DNA of 64,000 bases, from positions 1-64,000 of the IMG/VR virus record IMGVR_UViG_3300042868_007959. The stretch is one strand, 5' to 3'. How positions within the stretch are numbered: position 1 is the stretch's first letter; every line of letters starts with the position of its first letter. This document shows, piece by piece, positions 18,571-26,046 of this stretch. A program made the translations under genes and the position numbers. Under the pieces are notes generated by a model. That model was not told the origin of the DNA. It saw nothing but the letters and a program-made list of their open reading frames with translations, and searched no databases.

Positions 18571-20169
18571 TTATTTTATTTTTATTTTCATTTTAGTTCC
18601 TATTTCATTTTTCTCACAAGTAATTTTAAACTTGTGTTCTTCCAAAATTGCAACGCAAATATTTAATCCCAAACCAGTACCTGATTCCTTTTGTCCTTCT
18701 TTTCTTGTATATGGTTTACATAGGTAATCAAAATCTTCTTGTGTTAACCCCCTACCATTATCTTGAATGTAAACAGTATTCTCATCAGAATATATTTTAA
18801 CAAACTTAGTGTCAGAATCATTGTACTTTAAACCATTCCTGATTAAGTTGTCAACTGCAGTACAGAATAACGCTTCGTTTACTTCTATTGTTGGTAAGTC
18901 CTCAATAATTACTTGACTACTATATGCGGTTGATGATAGGTAATCAGATAGTATCACTTTTAAATCGCATTCCGCCTTATTTAAAACAACATCTTTTTTA
19001 ACAAGATTTGTAAACTCATATACCCCTTTATACACTTTTTGTGAATGTTTAAGACCTTCCTTAATCATTCTAATTGGTGCCTCTATTTTTAAATCGGTAA
19101 TGTCTTCGGGTTTTAATCTTCTTTCTAAAGAACTTAATCCTCTTGGCATATATGTATTGATACCTGAGTGCATATCGTGTCTTAATATTTTAGCGGCATG
19201 TTCTAAATAAGTGTTCTTTTTTTCAATCTCTTTCTTTTGTTCGTGAGTAGTGGTGACATCTGTTGCAATTTTCATAACACGATAAATCTTACCATCCATA
19301 CCAATGATTGGATTATAGGTTGCTTGAAGATGTATTAAGGAACCATCCTTTTTAACTCTAGTGATTTCACCAGTAAATAATATACCATCATTTAATTTTT
19401 CCCAAAAAAGAGAATATTCCTCACTTTTTGAGTGGTCCTCATCTATAAAAATCCTATGGTGTTTCCCAACCACTTCATCCAGTGATGAATATCCCATAGT
19501 ATTTAAAAACAATTCATTAGCGAAAATTATATTCCCCTTCAAATCAAACTCAATAACAGCGTTGGATTTATTTATCGCGTTCATTCTATTACGAATTTCC
19601 ACTTCTTTTTTCTTAAGATCTGTAACATCTTGTCTAATTGATGAGAATCCCTCCAACTTACCGTGTTTGTCAAATTTTGCCTTGATGTAGGTATCGACAT
19701 AATATAGTTCACCTGATTTTCCTTTGTTGGTAACAACATCATTCCATATCTCACCTTTCATTACTTTTTCATACATTTTACCCCAATATCCATCAGGTTG
19801 TAATCCTGAGTTTACAATAACATGATCCTTACCTTTAACCTCATCTAAAGACCAACCTGAAACATCCTCAAACTTTTTATTAACGTATGTAATTTTACCG
19901 TATTTATCGGCAACAGAAACGATGGTTGCAGAATCAATAAAATCTTCACTATCTTTTATTTGTTTTAATAAACCATCTTTTAACTCTACGGTTTGGGATT
20001 TCATTAAAAAATAAAATAATGGAGAAAATAATAAAAAGCAAGATATCTCAATAATTTTTGTTATATCAGTGGATCCAATAATCCCCGATAAAACAAAAAT
20101 TTTAGTTAAAAGAAAAGTAACCATCAAGATTACAGAAGGTATTATTAATAATTTACGTTTTTTAATCAT
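18571..20169 (-). CDS. Membrane PAS-PAS sensor histidine kinase
   Basis: Two N-terminal TMs, two PAS/PAC domains, H-box LRHD, N-box NLIRNGLKY, DNGRG, GTGLGL. Confidence 0.93.
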   Translation of the reverse strand: MIKKRKLLIIPSVILMVTFLLTKIFVLSGIIGSTDITKIIEISCFLLFSPLFYFLMKSQTVELKDGLLKQIKDSEDFIDSATIVSVADKYGKITYVNKKFEDVSGWSLDEVKGKDHVIVNSGLQPDGYWGKMYEKVMKGEIWNDVVTNKGKSGELYYVDTYIKAKFDKHGKLEGFSSIRQDVTDLKKKEVEIRNRMNAINKSNAVIEFDLKGNIIFANELFLNTMGYSSLDEVVGKHHRIFIDEDHSKSEEYSLFWEKLNDGILFTGEITRVKKDGSLIHLQATYNPIIGMDGKIYRVMKIATDVTTTHEQKKEIEKKNTYLEHAAKILRHDMHSGINTYMPRGLSSLERRLKPEDITDLKIEAPIRMIKEGLKHSQKVYKGVYEFTNLVKKDVVLNKAECDLKVILSDYLSSTAYSSQVIIEDLPTIEVNEALFCTAVDNLIRNGLKYNDSDTKFVKIYSDENTVYIQDNGRGLTQEDFDYLCKPYTRKEGQKESGTGLGLNICVAILEEHKFKITCEKNEIGTKMKIKIK

Positions 20170-20173
20170 ACAA

Positions 20174-20231
20174 ATAAATATAGAAAAAATATTAAAAACT
20201 ATTTACTTTAATTAATTTTTTCATATTTATA
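20174..20231. promoter_or_regulatory. Divergent pair of putative late promoters (HK operon and L,D-transpeptidase-like gene)
   Basis: TATTTAT on minus at 20174-20181; ATATTTATA on plus at 20223-20231. Confidence 0.6.
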
Positions 20232-20245
20232 AAAAAATTAAAATT

Positions 20246-20842
20246 ATGAACTATACAAAAGAACAGGTTGAGGCTGCCGTAAAAGCCAAAGGTTATGTTT
20301 GGTTTGAGGACGCAAACAATAAAGGGTATGATGTAAACATTGTCGGTATTAGAAATTCAAGTACTGGACAAAAAGTGACTAACGTATTTGACGATTACAT
20401 AACATTATCTTACAAAGTTGATGGACAATGGAAATTCCATATTTGGCCAGCAACTACTGATCCAGGTACTAAAGGTGTTATGCAATTTGGTAACAAGGCA
20501 GGTGTCGCAAGATTAGTAGAGGGACAATACAGAGGGTCACATACAATGAGACTTCATGCTGGGAAATATGAAGCATTGGGTCAAAACAAACCAGTTAAAG
20601 TTTTCAGAGATCCTAATAAGAATATGGAATATGATGAAAATAAAATTCAAGAAGGTGTATTTGGAATTAATATACACAAAGCAGGTGCCGACTCAACTTA
20701 TGTTGAAAATTGGTCAGAAGGTTGTCAAGTGTTTAAAAAGTCAAAGGACTTTGAAGAATTTATGTCTATCTGTAGGAAAGCAAAAGGGGTACACGGTAAT
20801 TCATTTACCTATACACTAATCGAAACTAACGACATTAAATAA
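20246..20842 (+). CDS. L,D-transpeptidase (YkuD)-like catalytic protein
   Basis: GINIHKAG...WSEGCQV matches H-x(14-17)-S-x-G-C. Confidence 0.7.
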   Translation: MNYTKEQVEAAVKAKGYVWFEDANNKGYDVNIVGIRNSSTGQKVTNVFDDYITLSYKVDGQWKFHIWPATTDPGTKGVMQFGNKAGVARLVEGQYRGSHTMRLHAGKYEALGQNKPVKVFRDPNKNMEYDENKIQEGVFGINIHKAGADSTYVENWSEGCQVFKKSKDFEEFMSICRKAKGVHGNSFTYTLIETNDIK

Positions 20843-20862
20843 ATCTACCAACATTAAATAAT

Positions 20863-20888
20863 AAAAGGTTCTTAGGGACCTTTTTTTT
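20863..20888 (+). terminator. Intrinsic terminator
   Basis: AAAAGGTTC-TTAG-GGACCTTTT plus T-tract. Confidence 0.75.
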
Positions 20889-21013
20889 ATGATCCAAATA
20901 AAAAATCTCATCAAGAGGGGTTGGGGTGATTGAACAGTTCGGTCGTACAACTGATTAAATAGAAGATATCATATTACGAAAAATATTTTATTATACCAAA
21001 GTATTTATTTAAT

Positions 21014-21397
21014 ATGAAAAGAACCATTAAAAGAATATTAAAGGAAGAACTAACCGAAACAGAATATATGGGCGGAATTATTCCCTCACATTTTTTAGAG
21101 GAACTGGGAATTAAATTATTTAAAGAAGAAGATGTTGCCAGTCTTACAGAAATACAATTCGATACAAAACGTGTTGTAATAGATCTTTTTACTCTTGACG
21201 GAGACGAAGGATATGGTAGTTATGAAGATGCGATGAGTATACCTGATGGTTTTCAATACCAATACGGTTTTAACATTAATGATTTACCTGTAAGTTTTAT
21301 AAAGTACTTAATAAAAGAACTGAATGATAACTATGGTACCAATTATTTGTACCCATTTTTAGATATAATACCAAAAGGTATGTTTAAGAACCTTTAA
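21014..21397 (+). CDS. Hypothetical protein with leader MKRTIKRILKE
   Basis: Plus-strand leader gene with TATTTAT at 21002-21008. Confidence 0.8.
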   Translation: MKRTIKRILKEELTETEYMGGIIPSHFLEELGIKLFKEEDVASLTEIQFDTKRVVIDLFTLDGDEGYGSYEDAMSIPDGFQYQYGFNINDLPVSFIKYLIKELNDNYGTNYLYPFLDIIPKGMFKNL

Positions 21398-23636
21398 TAT
21401 AAGAATCAAATTTATCTATAATGATATTTTTATATGTATCCCATACATATTTAATATCGTCATCAGTCAAACCATACATATCTTTAGTATAATTAGAAAA
21501 AGAAGCGGGATAATTAATACGAAAAAGTAAATTATAACTTAAAGAAGATAGACGGTAAAAAGGTGCGAAGAATATATCGTCATTAATCGAAACTTTAGTA
21601 TCAGCCACAAGAAATTCCACAATTTTATTTAGATATTCATCTTTTCTATCTACAGATTCATTAATTCTATCACCATTCTTTTTTAATAACATTTCTTCAT
21701 ATATAATAGTAGATAATTTTTGTATGTATCTATCATATAACTCTTGTACAGTATCTATATCACATATACTATAAGTGTTACAAATATAATCTATATCTTC
21801 TCCTTCATCTAAATTAAAACCACTACCATTTGACCAATCATAAATATCATATATACTATAATCATATGCATCCTCATCCACATCCTCATCAGGATTAGTA
21901 AAAGGGTACCATATTTCTACTTTAGTTTCTGAATGATCACTAAACCTATTAATGTAAATATTATATTCGGTATCGTCTATCATAAAATCTACAATCTTAT
22001 TTAGATAATCAGATTTTCTATCTACAGATTCATTTATATTATTACCTTTAACCCTTAACATATCATCGTATATTTTAGTGAATAATTTCTCAGTGTATTT
22101 TTTAAATATATCTTCTATGGTTTTTACACTACGTATATTGTACACATCCCACATATATTCAATCTCCACTCTATTAAGGATATATTCACTCGATTCCTTA
22201 ATAGTAGATACCTCATATATAGTATAAGGGAATCCAGAGTCTTGTGCAGAATAAGGATACCTTATATAGACAAAAATTTCTGTAGAATCGACATTATATT
22301 GGGAAATACTAAGTTCATATTCGGTATCGTCTACCATATAATCAGAAATCTTATCTATTAGATCATCCTTTCTATCCACTGATTCATTAATGGGGACTTT
22401 AAATATATTAAGGATATTTTTTTTATATTTACTCCACACCCCTTTTACTTCTGAATTAGTTAACCCATAACTATCTTTACAATAGTTAAAAAAGTTTCTT
22501 TTCAACATATCATCAGATATTTTTTTTAAGTAGACTGTAGAAAACCATATAGATGCAAACGATGGTTTAAAAATTCCAAAATCTCCTTCTCCCATAGATA
22601 TTTCCGTGTCATCTACAAGAAATCCCACAATCTTATCTAAATAATCAGATTTTCTATCCACAGATTCGTTAATGGTAGGTACACCATTAATGATAGAAAA
22701 CCCATTAATTTTAGGGGTTAAAACTTTAAGATATCTTTTCCATAATTTTCTTATTTCCTCATCATCTGTCAATCCATACGTGTCTTTACAATAGTTAAAA
22801 AAGTTTCTTACATAAGAATTACCAATAAGATATTTTAATTCTAAATGATCTGTCATAGGTATTAGACCATAGAAATGATTAAAAGTAGGTTTAGCGTGAC
22901 CAGTAGGATAAGGTGGATACCACACTTTATTCTTTTGATCCACCATAGTGTCATCCACAAGGTAATCTATAATTTTATCCATATATTCACCTTTAGAAAT
23001 TTTATCCACAGATTCATTAATATTATCCTTACCAAATACAATATCCCTCATAACATCCTTATATGTTTCCCATACATAAACAATACCCTCTTCTGAAGTA
23101 ATTCCAAACGACTCATCAATGTATTCCATAAAACCGTCTATAGGGATATATGTCTCAAAAAGAAGTCTGTGAAAAGGTGTGAAATTATTACTACCTTGTC
23201 TAAGTGATCTCTTATATGTAAAAGGAAAAAATATCATCCTATTTTCATAGTCTACTTTAGTATCATCTACAAGAAATCCCACAACCTTATCTAAATATCT
23301 TTTTTTATTATCCACAGATTCATTAATGGGTTTAAGATCATACATAATAGATTCTTTATTATATCTATCCTTAATAATGGTTTTATAGTTGTCCCATATA
23401 TATTTTGTCTCATCGTAATTTAAACCATATGTATCCCTACAAGTTATCTGAACATCTGAAGGCATACCCCACGAAAGTTTATTTTTTAAATCATCGATAA
23501 AACTAGGTAAAGGTTTACCATTCGGACCTATCGGAGAAAAAGGATATATTATAACACCCGTTTCATATCTAATTATAGTATCATCAACAAACCACTTAAG
23601 AATCTTATCTAAATATATTTTTTTATTATCTTCCAT
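21384..23636 (-). CDS. Seven-module polyprotein with six INE|SVD junctions
   Basis: Six INESVD motifs, each followed by (Y/L)(L/I/M)(D/N)K(I/V)..(F/Y)(L/M)(V/I).DT; start could be 23642. Confidence 0.9.
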   Translation of the reverse strand: MEDNKKIYLDKILKWFVDDTIIRYETGVIIYPFSPIGPNGKPLPSFIDDLKNKLSWGMPSDVQITCRDTYGLNYDETKYIWDNYKTIIKDRYNKESIMYDLKPINESVDNKKRYLDKVVGFLVDDTKVDYENRMIFFPFTYKRSLRQGSNNFTPFHRLLFETYIPIDGFMEYIDESFGITSEEGIVYVWETYKDVMRDIVFGKDNINESVDKISKGEYMDKIIDYLVDDTMVDQKNKVWYPPYPTGHAKPTFNHFYGLIPMTDHLELKYLIGNSYVRNFFNYCKDTYGLTDDEEIRKLWKRYLKVLTPKINGFSIINGVPTINESVDRKSDYLDKIVGFLVDDTEISMGEGDFGIFKPSFASIWFSTVYLKKISDDMLKRNFFNYCKDSYGLTNSEVKGVWSKYKKNILNIFKVPINESVDRKDDLIDKISDYMVDDTEYELSISQYNVDSTEIFVYIRYPYSAQDSGFPYTIYEVSTIKESSEYILNRVEIEYMWDVYNIRSVKTIEDIFKKYTEKLFTKIYDDMLRVKGNNINESVDRKSDYLNKIVDFMIDDTEYNIYINRFSDHSETKVEIWYPFTNPDEDVDEDAYDYSIYDIYDWSNGSGFNLDEGEDIDYICNTYSICDIDTVQELYDRYIQKLSTIIYEEMLLKKNGDRINESVDRKDEYLNKIVEFLVADTKVSINDDIFFAPFYRLSSLSYNLLFRINYPASFSNYTKDMYGLTDDDIKYVWDTYKNIIIDKFDSYIKGS

Positions 23637-23760
23637 ATCCATATTATAAATACCTTAATATTTGGAAACGTAAATTTTTCTGGAAAATTTTTAACCCTAT
23701 ATACCGTTCACCAGAAATGGGTGTTCATTGTCACTGAACAAACCTATGTATTGAACAATA

Positions 23761-23790
23761 AAAAAACCCCACTCTTATTAGGAATGGGGT
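23761..23790 (-). terminator. Intrinsic terminator
   Basis: ACCCCA...TGGGGT plus U-tract on the minus strand. Confidence 0.6.
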
Positions 23791-23813
23791 AATATATTAT
23801 AAGGTTTTTATTT

Positions 23814-24116
23814 TTACCATTTTTCTCCTTCGTCATCTTTATTTCTAAGATCTTCTAATAAATCCATAAAGATTACACTCTCATCTATATAATGTAATTG
23901 ATATCTAAATTCCTCCATTATCTTTTCTGCGGCATCATAAATTTCATTTTCATACCATCCTGGATCAATATCTTGATGAGATAATTCACTTTCTATGGAC
24001 GAAACAATATCTTCGATGGAAATTGAATTACCCATTGACATATCTTGTGATTCTTTTACGGTTTTTTTAACTATTCTAGTTAAATCGTTCTCTGTTAATC
24101 TTACTATCTTTTTCAT
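23814..24116 (-). CDS. Acidic protein with leader MKKIVRLTENDLTRIVKKTVKE
   Basis: ORF track; TATTTATA at 24135-24143. Confidence 0.8.
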   Translation of the reverse strand: MKKIVRLTENDLTRIVKKTVKESQDMSMGNSISIEDIVSSIESELSHQDIDPGWYENEIYDAAEKIMEEFRYQLHYIDESVIFMDLLEDLRNKDDEGEKW

Positions 24117-24234
24117 ATTATAATTTTTTTATTATATAAATATACTATAATTCTCAAAATTAAAAATTTACTTGAAAAATTTTTGGGTAGTTGGGGAAGA
24201 ATGAAAATGGGGTCGACATTTGGAGAGATGAAAT

Positions 24235-24450
24235 AAAAAAAGGTTCGAACCTAAACTTAAAAATTTCCTGGAAAATTCATGGACAATATCGCCTCCCCTA
24301 CCACAACCAAAACATACCCAGAGGGAAGGGGGGATACGATGGGGGGTGTCTGGGGGACCCTCCCTCTTACTCTATAGGAGGGGGGTTTATTGTGTCTCTT
24401 ATCAAAGACCCCCTCCCCATTAGGATTATATGTATATATCTATCTCATTT
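24235..24450 (-). ncRNA. Candidate GC-rich structured RNA
   Basis: Consensus promoter at 24458-24489, no ORF, several GC stems, AGGTTCGAACCT hairpin plus U-tract. Confidence 0.4.
24323..24356 (+). other. Canonical G-quadruplex motif
   Basis: GGG-AA-GGGGGG-ATACGAT-GGGGGG-TGTCT-GGGGG. Confidence 0.6.
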
Positions 24451-24457
24451 CATACTA

Positions 24458-24489
24458 CAAATATACGAATAATATATTAGAAAATCAAA
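24458..24489 (-). promoter_or_regulatory. Bacteroidota primary-sigma promoter with no downstream ORF
   Basis: TTTG-N20-TATATTTG. Confidence 0.8.
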
Positions 24490-24499
24490 TTATAGGGCA

Positions 24500-24720
24500 T
24501 AAAAAAAGGAGATAGTTTCATATTCTGTTGTAATTAATACTTACTGAATAATCTTTCTATCTCCTTCTATCGTCTCTACTCAGTCTATGAACTCTGAGGA
24601 GACTTTACGTGTTAACCTTCCGTTCATGTATAAGAAGAACTTGTCATTCTCTACACTATCTTCTCCATAAGGGTGGGGAGGAGAAGAGGAAAGGATCCCA
24701 CATAACTAAATCAAACAACT
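24500..24720 (-). ncRNA. Candidate structured RNA
   Basis: ATTG-N20-TAATATTG at 24727-24758; stems TCTTCTCC/GGAGAAGA, GTCTC-CTCAG/CTGAG-GAGAC, and AAGGAGATAG/CTATCTCCTT plus U-tract. Confidence 0.4.
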
Positions 24721-24760
24721 ATGATACAATATTAAGTATATTATTTTAAAAAGTCAATAG

Positions 24761-25786
24761 TTATCTATTATAATTTATCATTTCTTCATATATAATAGGA
24801 CGTAGTTTATTTATATATCTATTATATAGTTCTTGTGTGATCCATCTTTGAGTTATACCAAATTGTTCTTCTAAATAATCTCTATCAGTTTCATTCAGAA
24901 AGAACTGTTCCCAGTCTACTTCCATTTCATCCATTTGAAATTCATCAGAGTCACCACTAGGGAAAGTTATCTCCACTCTTACATGTCGTTCTAAGTCATC
25001 TTCACCTAATTCTTCCATAAAGATATCCCATGTGGTGTCTTGTACCATAAAGTCTACTATTCTATTAAGTGTATCCTCTTTTCTTTCTACAGATTCATTC
25101 ATAGGGTTTTTAGATGATCCTAATAGTTCTTTTACTTTATCATATAATAAAGAATAATACCTTTGAGATATATTAGTAATAAGATTCCAATCTTTTATAC
25201 TATATGTATCATTAACATAATTAACAAAATTCAAATCATAACCTCTCCTTAATAATAATGGTAATACTTTATCAATACTGTATGAGTTAAATCCTTCAGA
25301 AGGGTAAACTATTACCACTCTATCTCTATGAAAATAGTATTCAGTATCATCTAACATATACTGTGAGATCTTATCTACTAATAGATCTTCCTTATTCTCT
25401 TTAGATTCATTCATTGGTTTACGTTCATAATTATCAAAGTCGTTTAATATGTTTGTAAATAAGATTGTATAATACTTTAAATATATTTTTTCTAGAATGG
25501 TTTCATCTTTTATACTATAGTTGTCATCCATATAGTTATAATCATATAAATTAAAAAAGATTACATCCACCCCTTTCTCTTTAAAATCATTTAGATGAGA
25601 TCTAATTTCACTCTCATTTAAATATATTAGATAATTATACATTGGATATTTTACCTCACATATTATCTCACCCATAAACCTATGGTAGACTTCATATGTA
25701 GTATCACCCAGTAGACTCTCTACAACTCTATCTACTAATAGATCCTCTCTATTCTCTTTAACAATACCTTTAATGGTTACCTTCAT
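24761..25786 (-). CDS. Three-module polyprotein (IVKE|N leader, MNE|S junctions)
   Basis: PMNESKENKEDLLVDKI..DDT and PMNESVERK. Confidence 0.85.
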   Translation of the reverse strand: MKVTIKGIVKENREDLLVDRVVESLLGDTTYEVYHRFMGEIICEVKYPMYNYLIYLNESEIRSHLNDFKEKGVDVIFFNLYDYNYMDDNYSIKDETILEKIYLKYYTILFTNILNDFDNYERKPMNESKENKEDLLVDKISQYMLDDTEYYFHRDRVVIVYPSEGFNSYSIDKVLPLLLRRGYDLNFVNYVNDTYSIKDWNLITNISQRYYSLLYDKVKELLGSSKNPMNESVERKEDTLNRIVDFMVQDTTWDIFMEELGEDDLERHVRVEITFPSGDSDEFQMDEMEVDWEQFFLNETDRDYLEEQFGITQRWITQELYNRYINKLRPIIYEEMINYNR

Positions 25787-26046
25787 TTTCTTTAATAATA
25801 TATTAATAAATATTAGGATATGTCAGAAATGATCCGTAACTTTATATTGTCAGTGGTTCATAACCGAGACGGGTCAGAGAAACAAGTTCTTCTCTAAGAG
25901 GGTGGACTCCGACCTGTCTTATATATTTATAATTAGTTCACCTATGATCAACCGACCTCTGATCTCTTCATACTATATATCTATATGTACGCCTGTTTCG
26001 GTATTACCACCAACATAACAAAGGTAGTAATAATAATCGACATATC

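Noticed and set aside
20889-21000. Possible ncRNA (CAGTT-N9-AACTG hairpin, G-rich patch)
   Set aside because: Only one short stem and no dedicated promoter or terminator; insufficient support
21384-23636. Inteins or self-splicing elements at INES junctions
   Set aside because: No Cys/Ser start with His-Asn end, and the modules have no HINT motifs
21384-23636. Assembly artefact producing tandem modules
   Set aside because: Module cores are highly divergent and the frame is intact across 750 codons
24191-24472. 93-aa plus-strand ORF
   Set aside because: Crosses the G-tract and hairpin region, gives a Gly/Pro-biased product, has no promoter motif and opposes a strong minus-strand promoter
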